DNA of 63,431 nt, counting the filler, from Choristocarpus tenellus KU-1152 (Eukaryota > Protista > Phaeophyceae): assembly GCA_964200185.2 (NCBI GenBank). It is 11 parts of 11 records of this genome, joined end to end, with 100 filler letters (N's around TTAATTAATTAA, not from the genome) between each part and the next. Parts side by side here need not be neighbours in the genome. Positions count along the whole stretch, not along the records: positions 1 to 5,266 come from CAXNAD020011314.1; positions 5,367 to 9,546 come from CAXNAD020015823.1; positions 9,647 to 14,783 come from CAXNAD020011754.1; 8 more parts are not named here. One strand, 5' to 3'. Under the pieces are notes generated by a model that saw nothing but the letters and a program-made list of their open reading frames with translations, had not been told where the DNA came from and did not search any database. Below, in pieces: positions 1 to 14,047 of the stretch. Positions within the stretch are counted from its first letter, which is position 1; every line of letters starts with the position of its first letter. A program made the position numbers and the translations under genes.

Positions 1-201
1 CAAATGGACAGCCGCCACCCCCCCCCCAGAGCCATACAGAGATTTTCCTTCCTTGCCCTTTTGTCATTGATACAAGCCGTAGTGCTACTCCACTTGTCAA
101 GGGTGTGTGCCAAGAGGAGCCTAACCCATCTAACAATGAGGGCCTTACATAATCTCTTGCAATTGCCACATGCCCTATCTGGTGTATGTACTTCATGACA
201 G

Positions 202-3200
202 AGGGGTGGGACGAAACCTCTTTTTGATGCACTCTTACAGCACCCCGAGGTAGGGCACTTGAAGTCAATGGGACAAGGGGATCATTTCTTCGACCAGAGC
301 ATAAGGACGTGAGCAACACGACAAGGGTTATTTGGGCTACCTGAAAGTGCTGTATGGTTCTTGTGTAGGGTTGCTTGAGATGGATCATATTTGAGACTGG
401 AGTTGGGTATTTCGATCTTGTAAAGTGAAGGAGAGTGAGGTTCACACGATTTTGCCACGTTTTAGTGATGCCTATCTTAATGGCCTGTTGATACATGCAG
501 TATGATGCCTAATGTGGTTGCCAACCTTGTTGTGTGTCTATTTTCACTTATTGACGATCTTGAATGGTAGTTATGGAGTATGTCGATCGCGGATGGATTA
601 ATCAAGTGGTAGGGCATACATTTCTGTTTACAATTGAAGGTAAACTTCGCATCGTGGAGAAATCGCCGTTCTCCCACACAGCACTGAGCTTGCCTGTCAT
701 CATGCATTTCCTAGTATGATTGCAGCATCATTGCAGTAGTTCCTGTTTTGACTGCAAAACAGAAGATAGCAGATAGCAGACTAAAACAACACCATCACCA
801 GTCCGATCATATATTCTATTCCTTGACAGTACAATTTGTGCAGTATATTTGATTAAACTTTACATAGTGGATGACTTTATCTCTATGTACTCGTACATAT
901 TTTGTGTTATTGAGCATGGAGATAGTGTTTGATGAGTACTTAAGTCTTAGGTGCAAGACCCTACCATTGCTATATGATAGAGCAAGTTGGAGTGCATTGT
1001 CTATTCCCCCCCTTGTATTTTCCCTATCTGTTGGCAGAGGTAATGTGTACACATAGAGATTAAAATATTGTGTGTGTGTGTCTTCAACTATATATCTAAG
1101 CCCTTAAAGTCCCTACCCACCCACTTTTCCCTTGCATCTCACACCCTGTTGCTTGACAGCTACCCTTCAGAAGGAGAATGGAAAGGGGATGATGGGAAGA
1201 ACCTCGAAGAACTCTCTCCAGCCGTGGTTGGGGCTGTTTTGGATGCCTACTCCAGACCATTCAGTTTTGCCAACCAACTGGCCAAGAATGACAATGCAAC
1301 CGGACAGGTGGTTGGTAAATCAGAGAGTGGGAGAGGGCAGTAATCAGAGCTTGGCAAGACAGATGGGAGTCGTGTTGAAGTGGAGTGGGATGAAAGTGGA
1401 GCAGGGATGATGATAGGGTGCGCCATAACGTTTTGCAACCCCTTTATACTAGACTGGTGTTTGTCATTTTGCGCAGTAAGGAAGAGGTAGTGGGTAATGG
1501 TATCTGTGAGACAATTGGGAGCAATTGGAGTTCAAGTTCTTCTGTTCACATGCAAGTGAGGAGGTCAAGTGCCCGGACTAACAGGTGCTTCTAGGAAAGG
1601 TGGTTTAATCATTCGCATGTTGACCTTGTCTACAATGTATAGCCAAGTGGTGAATGCAGAGGGGTAGCTGTGGCAATGATGACTCTGTTGTGACAAGATT
1701 TACTTCACAGTATGCACCAAGGTTCCTCATTGAGATCTCTGTTACGAAAAGCTCTAAAGGTGTAGGTGTCAGAGATATGTAAAGGAATTAGGGTTTGTGT
1801 ACTATTTAATCGATAGCTTTGAAGGACAGACGGATTCCTAGAGTTTTCTTATGGAAATACTCCACTTCAACAGTATCAATTACTGTACCGTTAAGATTGT
1901 GAAATAGGTAGCAAATCATTGGACGCTAGTCTTTACACTTGTATCCTTTGGTGGTGATGATTACTCTCGGCCCTTTCGCTGGTGCCTTGTGGGATATTTG
2001 AATGTATTTTTGTAAGCACCAGGTGAGGGTGTTTTTTTTCAGATGCCATTTATTTGTGGTTGTTCGACCATATGCACTGCTCAAACCCACACAAAGCACA
2101 ACTGCATTCCTCGTGCTTCCATCTCCTCCCTCACGTCCCGCAAATGTACTGTTTTCTCTTGTCGTCCATTATTCTTGCAGTTGACGGTGGCAGATCTCAG
2201 CCCACGTTTGCTTAATGTCCACATCGCACCCTATCGCATGGGTATGGTAATGCCTGATGCCAAGTTCATTGTGGTGCTTAGGGACCCCACAGAAAGGTTG
2301 GAAATATGAAGTTGCTAGACGATCTGAATGACTTATTAATGGTCATCAGAGTGTAGCGTATACACTCCATGGGTTATTTACGGCGTTACCCAGGTTCAGT
2401 TCACTCCCCACCGCCGCTTCGAAAAGCTTCAGTATCTTACCAACCTTTGCTGTGTTGGATAAAGTGTTTTCCGTGGGAATCCTGCTCAATGATGCTTGTC
2501 TGAATTCAAACTTCTGAATGGGATCCAAATATACCTCATCGTCTGTCTGACTCACCCCCTTCTTCTCCCAACCCTACCTTGAGAATGTTTTCATATCTGC
2601 TGTCCACGCAGTGGCATGTGCCCTTCATAGTTTCAAATGGTAGTGCTTGCTGTGGATCAGAGCGGGCAATGCTTAGAGAATTGTGTCACTGCCGTACTGT
2701 GAAGTAGCTGCCTCCCATTCGAAAAGTACTCATCACTGCCCAAACTTTAGAGTTCCACTCCTACTCCAGCCAGACCCACGTTTCCTGCTCCCTCTGTGTT
2801 TCAGTTATGTGCGTGAGTTGTTGTGCTATGATGCGCTGCTCAGGTGCTGTCCATGTGTGTATATCTCCGGCAACTCTCACTCAGTTTGTAGAACTCACTA
2901 GTGATATCTGAGTCAAGATCCTAATACCTACCCTTCAACTTAATCCTTCCTCGATCTTTCAATCCATATCTATACGTTAACCTCTGGCTTTGCACTTCAT
3001 TATTTGATTTTATGACCCCTTGGAGATGACCAGCTTACGTGTATGTGGGCTACTACCTATTTCTAGTTTTGTTTAATCTATAAAATTACGTTTGAAATAC
3101 AAGGTTAAGAGTATAGTCATACCTACAAAATATGTCTTCGTTTGCTTGGAAGGAAAATGATAATCTACATCACTCAAGAGAGAATGTACTCAGTATATTG

Positions 3201-3748
3201 TTTCCCCCCCCACCCCCATAAAGACACACACAACCCTGCTTGTACTTGCTCTCTGGAACTAACAGAGTCGTTAAAACAAAGTCGAGAGCAATATGATAGG
3301 AGTTATCATGTTATAAATGCCGAAGGTTCAAGATTGTGTAACGAAAAGCAACATGTACGCTCACGCCAATATGAAGGCTGTAATATCATACGAGCCAATA
3401 GTTACCTCAACATAGCATCCTCCACTAACCCCTCAACCTATATAGATTATTCTTGGAATGAATGGATGATATTCACTTCAAAGTATATATATCCAATAAT
3501 GCAGTAAGCTTCTACCAGAGTAGACGCAAAGAAAAAGGACTACGGAACGCATTGACTTTGTATAGTTGCAAAACCCATACTGACGCTTTGAATATTTTTG
3601 CTCGGTGGTCACGTCTACCTGTTGGTGTTTGCATAGGTACTATTCACACCTCAGAATGGAGTTGTGCAATAAGAAGGACCCTCCCACTGAAGAATATCTG
3701 TCCAGTGTATTCCATAGACCCCACCAGGTCAAGGAGTACCTCAAAGCG
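202..3748 (+). CDS. PAPS-dependent sulfotransferase (heparan-sulfate-sulfotransferase-like), partial; exons 202-308, 1160-1307, 2181-2296, 3637-3748
   Basis: Phase-compatible AG/GT-bounded exons translate to RGGTKPLFDALLQHPE..GDHFFD (5'-PSB-like motif) and PDAKFIVVLRDPTERYYSHLRM (3'-PB motif). Start and C-terminus not found on this contig. Confidence 0.85.
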
Positions 3749-4332
3749 GTGAGATACAAAAACATATCAGTAGTTTTAGAATGTGTGTTGCTGGGTCTGC
3801 CTAGTGCTGGATATGCCTTTTGGTTGAAGGCTAAGGAAGGGGCTCAAAACTAAACTCCACCACCTTGTATGAAAGTGATGATGAGCTGTATCAAGTGGTT
3901 TCATGTTTGCTACATTTAAGTGCTGGCATGCCTGTCATCAGGGGGGAGAAATTTTGAATGCCTGATGGGTCCCTGTGTTTAGTTAAGGCTGGAAATGCTG
4001 GCATCTGGTACCGATATCCATTGGTAACTTGAGACGGAAAGGTCTTGGATAGATGTCCCTGTTATCACTAGAGAGAGGGGTACCTCACGTTTGTTCTTCC
4101 TCCTCCTACTTCAAGTCAAGAAAACTGCCGTTTTCCTAAGACAGTTGGGTCACTCCTGAATGGCGATCCTCAAGCAATAATCTACAGTCAACACTAACAC
4201 CAACACCGACATGAGGTATATATATACGTACCTCAAAAGTACGCCCCCTTTATCTCAAACCACAGCCAAGTTCGGCTTGAACTCGTGTGCTGTATTTCAA
4301 TACGACCATAGCAGCTTCGCTTGATGGAATTA

Positions 4333-4587
4333 GAGTCCAAGTATCTTGAGGGTACGGGTTTTGCCCTGTTTGTCCGTTTGGGACTTGGCTTCCCACAATT
4401 TTTCAATATAATTTTCCTACTCCGAAATGTTTTGGATTAGGTAAAATGTATGCATTATGAAAAGGTGTGTCTGGAACAAGGATACTGACATTTCCTAACA
4501 AACACGTAGCCAAAATTACATCAAAATCACAACATTGGATTTTGACCCCCTACGGACGCGGCTGTACCTTGTAAGATACTTTGGCTC
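4333..4587. mobile_element. ~255-bp non-coding TIR element (MITE-like), family A
   Basis: Ends GAGTCCAAGTATCTT-GAGGGTA ... TACCTTGTAAGATACTTTGGCTC; interior homologous to copies at 23632, 26773, 31613, 38713 and 39598. Confidence 0.8.
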
Positions 4588-5266
4588 AATATATAGCCTT
4601 AGCCCCGGAGTATGCAGGCTGATGGTAAGGCTTGATGACGGCAATCTCAAAATGGGAGGGTGTCTGTCAGCTGAACAAAATAAGGTTTGGCTGTCAGACA
4701 TATGTTTTGACAAACATATGAGTTATTTTGAAGTTTAATGTATTTCTGTACGCAGATTACAATATGGCATGAGAGCTCCAAAATTGTGATCCAAAGAGTT
4801 GCGACCATCATACACCGTACGTCATCTGGAACCTGCCAATTTATTCTCAACTTACAGGTTTTCCACTGAAAATGGTGACTTGAACGTGGCCGTTCAGGGC
4901 TGTAAGTGCGCATACTTGTCACTCACGCGGGTTGGAGCACACGTACCAATACATGTTTCTCTAATCGCCAATTTAAGCTGTACTATTCCCAATCGTCCCA
5001 ACTTAAACCTCAGAAAGTTGTTCATGACAAGTTGCACATTTTGGGGGCTCCCATACTAAGTTCAGGTCAGTCCTGGTCTGGACTACCGCTGGTAGCTGTG
5101 TAGCATTCCTCCTCTGGTGTTACTACTATGACGTTTGATACGCACCGAATTTTAGGGTGTCATCAACGACGAATTGGGCCAAAGTATCTGGAGGGGGTGG
5201 GGGGTGGGTGTGGGGTCTAGCCCAGGAGGTCCATTTGAGTGCCTCTTGTCATGGAGGGTTGATCCT

Positions 5267-5366
5267 NNNNNNNNNNNNNNNNNNNNNNNNNNNNNNNNNN
5301 NNNNNNNNNNTTAATTAATTAANNNNNNNNNNNNNNNNNNNNNNNNNNNNNNNNNNNNNNNNNNNN
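5267..5366. other. Artificial contig spacer N44-TTAATTAATTAA-N44; also at 9547-9646, 14784-14883, 17488-17587, 23973-24072, 27145-27244, 31513-31612, 36992-37091, 48370-48469, 59719-59818
   Basis: Identical 100-bp linker with stops in all six frames, repeated 10 times. Confidence 0.98.
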
Positions 5367-5430
<64 letters not shown>

Positions 5431-5705
5431 AACCCCCCCCCCCCCCCCCCCCCCCCCAGAAAAACGGACAGCGTATTGCAAAACCCCAGACGGACCTGAC
5501 ATAAATTTGATAATGACCTGACATACATTTGATAGTGTACCTAGTAGCCAACACACCCATGCTTACGTGTATGCACCCTGCTAATATATTATTTTTAATA
5601 ACAATAAACACGCCCCTAAAAAACTTCGACCAATAGACTATTCCCCAATTCCAGTCGAAAAAAATAAAAGCATGAGACTGACTTGTCTGCCTGTCATTGA
5701 CATAC

Positions 5706-6869
5706 CTCAGGTCAGCAAGGGTTGCCGCCAAGTCTCTTCCATTGTCAATTCCCCCCAATCGAATCAGGGTCCTTGCCCTAAAGAACCTTCTGTAGACCAC
5801 AAGGCTAAGACCATCCTCACTCGTCTGAACTACCACCCCTCTTGCACCCTCTGACCCATTCTCTGCCCCCACTGAATCCTTTTCACCCTTGAGTGCATGC
5901 AATGGGGGATGGGAAGATGGGTACATGGTGGGAGGGTCAGTGATCTGATGTGCCAATGTACAGCTAAATGATAAAAAGGCATTGCCGACAACTGCATAAC
6001 TGTAAATAAATAGGCAGCGCTGCTTGTGTACCAAAAACTACTCAAAAATGAAGACATTTGTATTCATGCACTCAAATAATACATACTTACATAGATACAT
6101 ATACACATAGATGCACTTTACATACACACATGATTCAGACGATTCAGACGGCAGTACTATCTTCACAAAACCAACCCTATATGATGATATCACATGATCC
6201 ATCAAGAACAACCACCGATTGAAGAGAATTTTCCACTTCACTCTTATCGCTCTGATGGTAAAACATGATTAAAACATGATTAGCCATCAAATAACAAAAA
6301 AAAAGTGGGTATGCCTATCACACCATCACATAGTAACAATATCAGTATATGAGATTTTACATTATTCAGTACAAACGTTAATACCAACAATATGCAAGAA
6401 AAGAGTGATACGTCACACACACACACACACATATTTAAAATAATAATAATAATAAAAATAATAAAAGATCAAACAGCACACAACATAAAGAAACGCACGC
6501 ATGCATGCAAACACACACGCCTGCCTAACCTCCTCCCTACCTCTCCCATCGCAAGCTTTCGGAACCCTGCATAAAAGAGCCAGGAGGGCAATCGCTTCGG
6601 AGGCGTACGCAAATCCAGGCAGACATGAACAAGGGCATCCCTCGTGAGCCAGAAGGTCATAAACGCCTCCTTCTCGCGGGCAGGAGACTCACGCCATGGA
6701 GTCAAGATCTTACAAGTGGGTGGTGTTGACAGAAGGATTATTACCATTAATATTATTATTATTATTAGATTTTTGTTGTTGATGATGTAAAAAGTGCTAG
6801 GTGATGGTCAATTAAAGTGTACACATTTTATTTATTTATTGCAGCACATACAGAAATGATGTCCAAGTC

Positions 6870-6916
<47 letters not shown>

Positions 6917-8099
6917 TTCCCTACCCCACCTGAACAAGAGGTGTGTTAGAGAGAGCCAAAGGAAGTTGACCCATGCGCACACTGCAGTCGCTGTAGAGGC
7001 ATGCTCCAGGTGAGGGGCTTGTCTGACAGCGATAAAATTTAGAAAGGTCTGAATCCACCTGCCATTACAATGCAGACATGAGGGGGATGGGGAGAGGGGG
7101 GGGGGGGCACAGGAAGGAAGGACAAGGGCGGTCCACAGACCTCATGAATGTCACCGTTAATTCAAATCAGTACTTAAAATGTTCTTGTGGAGGTGTGTGT
7201 AGCATGGATGGCACTGAGAAAAATTGAACAGGAGGGGGGAAAGAAAGGTATTCCTACGGCAGTCATTTCTGTCTGTGCACTCCTTGGGATTTAAAAAAAC
7301 CCCAACAGCACAACACTCACATGGCACAACTCGATGTTATAGTGGAGTTATACAAAACAAAGTGTTGTTCAGACAACACAGATGTTACGAACCGAATTGG
7401 CTCAAGAGTTTTGCTGATCAACAAGATTTTACACAAAAAACACTACAGAGTGACTCCTATCAAACCCATACACACACACACATATAATATATGTATATAC
7501 ATATTAAGGGTGTGCCATTTTTCTTTTTCTTCCCTTCCAAAATTCTTCTACTTCTCATTTTATCTGCTAAAAATTAAATAAAAAGCAGTACGAGAAAGAA
7601 CAAAAAATACAGATAACTGGCTCTCTTCATATATATATATATATATATATTTCTTTTTAGCTACAATAGAACCAAAATATTGTTCTGATCACGGGGCACC
7701 ACAGAGTGAGAACAACCGGTTCCTGAATGACGTCCAAGTGACCAAAAAAGTAGAGCAAAGCGGCCCAAGCATTATAATGTGTAATGCCTCCCACAGGTCC
7801 AACACGGCCAAAGTGTTACAGGATAACACCAGAGTCGAGTGCTGCATTGTCTGAGGTGCACATTTCTGCCATCAAACGCCTGAGCAAGTGATGAAAGACT
7901 GTCTGATTCAGCAGGGTACGCATTCAAACTGTGATGGCATGTGCCGCAATGACCACAAAAAAAATAAAAAATATGTATTTTTTAAAATCGCATCAACTAC
8001 GATACAATTTTGCAACTAACAGTAGGCATGCTGCATAACACATTGGACTCACTCACTCACTCACTCTTATTACCCCTCCCCCCAAAAAACAAACACACC

Positions 8100-8130
<31 letters not shown>

Positions 8131-8655
8131 GCCTAGAACAGAAAAAAAAGGGGGAAGACATGAGTGTACCTCACTTACATGAATGTAACCCTGAAACGTC
8201 AAAGACTCTAAAAAAAAATCCCCACCATATGTACAAAAACTCACAACATATCACCACAACAGACAAACATCTACCCACTGCATAGCCCATTAAATATATA
8301 CATACACAGATATATATATATATATATGTAAATGTAAATGTAGCGCATGACGTGTTGGAATGCACCAACTACGACGGGGGTCTTCCAGTTGTCACCATGG
8401 CCGGAAAAGTAAACTTCAAGAGGCTTACCCGTCTGACTTCACCACACCCCCAATCTCTCCCCCCGGCCCCATCCACACCTGCAAATCACACACACAAAGT
8501 CCAGATGACTCCGCTTGCGCAGCAAGAGCATAGGGCATGACCTCCATCTTCCGTGCAGGGCAGGACAGCATGAGAGGAATGCTTCGACCGCCAAAAAAAG
8601 AAAGATTTTCCTCGTCACTGAAGTAGCTCGCCTCTTCCAGGAGGAGCTGCGCTGC
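5706..8655 (-). CDS. Unknown protein, internal portion; exons 8655-8479, 7058-6930, 6708-6541, 5887-5706
   Basis: Four exons join in phase 0 with AG/GT borders into an open frame: AAQLLLEEASYF...LYSDCSVRMGQLPLAL...FWLTRDALVHVCLDLRTPPKRLPSWL..GF...VYRRFFRARTLIRLGG. Confidence 0.65.
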
Positions 8656-8738
8656 CTGCACACGTTTTACATTTTACGATTTTTTTTTTTAACAATGATT
8701 TTTCTTGTTTTGTTGTTTTTGTTTTTGTTTTGAAATGT

Positions 8739-8850
8739 AATTGAACGTGATTTAAATGTATAATTGAACGCGATTTAAATGTATAATTGAACGTGATTTA
8801 AATGTATAATTGAACGTGATTTAAATATATAATTCAACGTGATTTAAATA
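8739..8850. repeat. Minisatellite, ~5 x 23 bp (AATTGAACGTGATTTAAATGTAT)
   Basis: Directly visible near-identical tandem units with no spacers. Confidence 0.9.
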
Positions 8851-9888
8851 CAATTTAAATTTAATACAATTACGAGACAGAAATGGGTTGAGTGAACCTA
8901 GAGGGAGTGGCGCCGGACTGGGGATAGGCATAGGAAGTCCATTGGAGCCAGTGCGTACAGATGAATACAAAGAAATATATTATTGTACTGAAGCACATCA
9001 AGACATTGATGCATGGCATGTTAAAGTACAGACTGGGAGATAAAAATGGGATTGGAAAAGGTGAGGGGGTGGGGGGGGCTATGAGGAAGGTGGAAGAGTT
9101 CTTGGATTCGTGGATGGTAACATTTCACTTTTTGAATTTTGATCATAAACCAATACACCAAGAGTTATCGAGTAGTCTTGACCTTTGCTAATACACTATT
9201 TCAATTCACACTTTAGGCTACTAGAGAGATGCATTACTTTGTCAAGAGCTGGTTCGAAAATTTTATTAACAAAAGAGATGCTAACATGCCGGCCTCTCTA
9301 CAAGCCTCACAAGAAATCAGCGGTGCTGGAGGACATCACCAAGCACAACTCAAGTGTACCTCAACAAGAACAAAGCATGCCAATACTTGAGCACAACCTT
9401 ATCACATCATCAACCAGCGAGAAAATATTTCATTTGTTTGTTGTATGTACCCCTCTCACATGCAAACTGACCCTACCCGCATGAACCCCCTTCAACCATA
9501 CCCATCCTTCAGAACCATCACACCAGTATGCTTCCTTATCGTTTACNNNNNNNNNNNNNNNNNNNNNNNNNNNNNNNNNNNNNNNNNNNNTTAATTAATT
9601 AANNNNNNNNNNNNNNNNNNNNNNNNNNNNNNNNNNNNNNNNNNNNGGGGGCATGCCTTAAGCAAGGTATCAGTCTTGCATCTCTGTTTCTTTTTTTCTC
9701 AGTGTATATTAATGTGTAGCGGCAGATCAAACGTGAAAAATCAGAATGAGGGATCAAAGTCAACACACTGCAATTCCAACTGACAAAAGCAACCAGAGCT
9801 GACCAGGGCAGCACAAGGTTCCTACACATCCCATTACAAAGGAGAAGAGAGAGCTATGGCAGGGGGAAAAAAGCAGCCCGCTTCTCAC

Positions 9889-12800
9889 TTAGGCAGCCTT
9901 CTGGAGCTCTACCAGCTTGTTCGCCACAATGCGGCTCTTTTGCTTCCGAGCAATCATCACCTAAAAACAAACACGAGCAGGGAACAAACAGCCAATGAAC
10001 AGTAAAAACAACGAGAGATTTACTCACCGCATCGACGAAAACGGGCATGCCCAAAACTCTCAAATTCAGGTTCAAAGTGCTTCATTAATGGTTCCAACTA
10101 CCAGAGTAACAAGCGACCAAAAAACCTCTTGCAAAAAATAAAAATCTAGTGACGCAATACCGCTCGTGACTCTACATACACCAAGCATATACCTAGAGAG
10201 ACACCACCCCAGAACATTCCCGGTAATAGTTCCAGTCTATAAACCTCTTTTTCTTTCTTCCATCACGCAGTACAGAGGCCACAAAAGGGGACACACAAAA
10301 AGTCAATCAAGAGCATGCATGGCCTGGTGGAAGAAGTGGTTACCTTGAAGCGATCAAAGTCCGTCATGGTCGCACGCTTGACCTTGCAGCTCTTCTTCTT
10401 CGCCCAAGACGTCGCCTCCCACTTCTTCAACAAATCCGCCTCCTGAAAAGCACAAGAAACGATATAATTAATTAAATAAATAAGACGAGACATGAATGCC
10501 AAGGCCCCCCTGCAGAGACAAGCAGCGTTCTCAGAAGAAGCATCATTGAGGTAGCAAGCACAAATCGTTGTTGGAAACAACATACCCCATTCACAAAAGA
10601 GTCAGGAAAGGTGGAACGCCAACATTACCTGCACAGTAGAACAATTGAAGCACAGGTCAAGTGCACTATTTCATCACGTCTGTTGGGTTACACACAAATG
10701 AAAACAAACTTCACAGCATCTCGAAAAGCACAACGAATGAAATTATGTCACAACCCCCCGAAAATCCAATAATTTTACACACATTGCAAGATTTTTGACT
10801 CCTTCCCCCCCCCCCCCCCCCCTTGTCACCAACCACCTCAACACATGTAACCGTCTATTTCTAAGGTCACCTTGCAGGCCTTGATGATCGTCCCGTGGCG
10901 TGCATTGCGCTGGATCTTAATTGTGAAGTCGGTGAGGGCCATACGCTTGAATGGGATCATCTGGCGAGGAACACCTGTCAGTGGTCCATCAACAAGAGCC
11001 TGAGACCACAAAATTCACCAAAGAGGTGAAACCCCCCCAACCAGAGTTTGTTGTTGGGAAGTATTAGTAGTGTTGGTTGTTGAAGTTCGAACATGAACTG
11101 CAGTTCTTGGTCTTGAGAGCCATTTAGATAATTATTAATTGAAGTCCTACTCTGGGGGAATGAAGATGGTATTTGACTGGATCTTTCTTGCCCTGTGCCA
11201 ACTGGGGAAATAATGACAAGATGCGACATGTGCAAATTTGAACATTCGAGAAGATATATATTTTTAAACCTAAAGAGACAACACTCTGTAGGAAATATTC
11301 CATACTTCAACCAAGAACATATTGAAGTATCAACAAGTGCCTCAAACACAAACCAGATCTGCCTGAAGACATGTGTAATACTCTTGACAACAGTACGCAC
11401 ATAGTTCGAAGTATAGTGTTTGAAAGTTCAAGAGGTTGTACCTATAATGTAAATGACGATCTCGCCCAGAAACACCAAACGAGACCCAAGCTGTCTCTCA
11501 CATCGAAGGGTGGAAGAACCAAACACATAGCACAAGAGCTTCACAACCAGCTCTCAATAACAAAGAGCATTCCGCGAGACTAACATAATAAGCCAAACCA
11601 AGCAAAAGGTGACATATAGCAGACTATATTGCAGGCGCTAGACTATTTTTCCCAAAAGAGGAGGTTGAAATACACATGCTTATCGATTGAGCATTATCTT
11701 ACAGCAGGGATAACCCTCGTGACGCTGCGCACGCCTGCCCCTTGCCGGCAATAATCAGCTACATAAAAAGGAAGTACTCCATGCATTCGCAAGTTTCGAG
11801 ATACGAATGAAAACCAATGACCAAATGCACTCTTAATGATTATTGCAGCACAAAACAGAGACGAAACACAGCACCCAATACAACACACCATTAATGTATA
11901 CTCCTATTTTGCTCAACTTTCTTTTTATGAGTTGAAATACAGCAGAAATTCGACACTAGAGGCAAGTTCAAAGTATTCAATTCTTGTTATCTTCGCTAGT
12001 CTCCGGAACTCGATCGAAGTTGACCCCACGAGTACCATGTACCAGAAGCACCTCAGCCTCCTCGACTGCTTCCCAGACTTGAACATTGGGATCGAGGCAG
12101 TCAAGTTGATAATGCAACTACAAGCCCAGTTCCCTACAGACACAGCGATGCATGCTAGGAGGTATTACATTTTCTGTGTAGAGCTGGGACAGGCCCGAAA
12201 TACTGTGCTCAACACTTCCTTCAGATTTGTTACAGTAAAGCATGTACCAATGAAAGGGTGCTGCACTGCACACAAAATAGTGACCAATGGTGATCTAGCT
12301 ATGAAGATTTGATCACAATGATACCACGTAATTTGCATATATTTCAATTTAATGCCCTCAAAAAAGACAGGGAATGAAGGCACGGTGCTTCTCTGGCTGC
12401 CCCCTGCCATCATTGATGTCAACAGCCACAAGCACTAACGCCAAGAACAAACCTTGTTGCTGTCTACTACATCGATGATGATTGCCAGCTTGCCCTGATA
12501 TGGCCCGTAGTTGATGAGGACCACCCGCCCAATCTCCACAAAGCGTGTGAACGGCTGCACCAACAACCCACGGCGGTATAAAAAGAAAAGCAAAGGGGCA
12601 TTAGACTACTTACTTGGGTGAGGGTGAGGTGGGGAAGGGGGGGTTGCATGGACGAAAGAGTCAAAAATTTTACTGAACACTGAGCCCTCAAAATGATTAG
12701 GGTGATGAAAAGAAAGAGCCCTTCACACACTACCACTGTAGTGTTTCTTGCACCAGGATTTGAGACTGCGTCTGCCTGGGGGATAGTATGGTGTAAACAT

Positions 12801-13648
12801 CTGGACGCTGGCGTGCCTTATTCTTGGTACTCTTCAGCACAATAGACCCAGAATTAGCCATTTGTATTGACTATCACCATACGACACAGGGCAGCATCTA
12901 AGGGGGAGAGCATGGATTTCTTGGAAGTCTAAGAGAGCACAAATGGAAAGTTTGAAGTTTCCCATTTGCCCACCCGGCTCAAACTTACGTAGAATGTAGT
13001 GCAACCAAATCAAGTGGTGGCGCCGAGCCTCGGTTACCTTCTCCACAATCATCATGGGAGACTAATCGAGAAGATCAATTGCGTTACTTAGAGCAGTCTC
13101 TACAAGTTGTTTCAAAGAGATAGTGATCGACAAAACTTCCCAGTAACTGCAACAGTCTTCCCCTGGCCATCCCTTTCACAAAATCGGTTTGCTGGGGAGG
13201 TGGACCAAGATCACTTGGCCCTAAGGGTTAAGACTGCAAAGTCAATAATTGTACGTAGTAAGTCAATAATGAGTAACTTCACGAACCGAGCACACCTTGA
13301 CGTTATACATATCACCTTTACAGCACAACACCCCAAAAGGTGTGCCATATTTGGCTATCGAGGTGTGCCGATTGATCACCCTTCGAGGCCATATCCTTAT
13401 AGTTGGCAATGGGATCCCGGCCGGCATAACCAACACGATATATTATAGTTCCACAAATCCCTGAAACCCATTCCATGAGCGACAATATTGCTCGATCTCC
13501 TCACGTCACCAGGCTAAGGCTGGTGTATCAAGTGAAGACCTACAAAAGGTTGCTCGCCTTGAAGTTACTTGTTGTCGGTGCATCACTATTGTCAAGAATT
13601 TTTACTTCCAAATATCTCCAATGAGGTCTTGCCTAGATCACTTACCAT
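9889..13648 (-). CDS. RPL14: 60S ribosomal protein L14 (eL14), complete, 134 aa; exons 13648-13646 (ATG), 12554-12453, 10999-10871, 10442-10344, 9960-9889
   Basis: [60 protein letters not shown]...WAKK...[16 protein letters not shown]; all introns phase 0, GT-AG. Confidence 0.96.
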
Positions 13649-13937
13649 GATTCCCGGCTTGAGAGAGAAGGCTTCCTGCTACTCTGCCGCTACACTGTTG
13701 AGCCTCCCTCCAAGACCACCCACACCCCACTTAGTTCCCTTTTATTATTTTCATACGTTGCCGAATATATATCGTATATTCTCATAAATGAGTGTCAATA
13801 TACACTATAGTAATCAGGGTTAGGGATTACAATTTTTTGAATCCTCCAACATTCCAGATGAAAAGGCGTCATAGTAAGGTGTGCCTACTACCACTAGACA
13901 GGGAAAATCAGAGTTCGATACGTTGTCTGTATTGAAT

Positions 13938-14047
13938 ATGGATCAATGTTCATTCTCTCTTCGAAGCGCTTACTTGCTTTCTGCTGCTGTAGTGTTGTTG
14001 GTTTCCATTACTGCGGTAGCCCAGAATGGTGGGTCTAAATTTGTGAG
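13938..14047 (+). CDS. Probable first exon of a secreted protein, divergent from RPL14
   Basis: MDQCSFSLRSAYLLSAAVVLLVSITAVAQNGG looks like a signal peptide and ends at AG|GTGAG; candidate further exons near 14284 and 14444-14545 not resolved. Confidence 0.35.

Noticed and set aside
5311-5322. Recurrent TTAATTAATTAA palindrome as a biological motif
   Set aside because: Always embedded in exactly 44+44 N; it is a concatenation linker
8739-8850. CRISPR-like array
   Set aside because: Units are contiguous with no unique spacers; eukaryotic context with no cas genes
11000-13645. Intronic snoRNAs in RPL14
   Set aside because: Scattered box C/D-like words but no convincing box pair with a terminal stem; would need an Infernal/snoscan search
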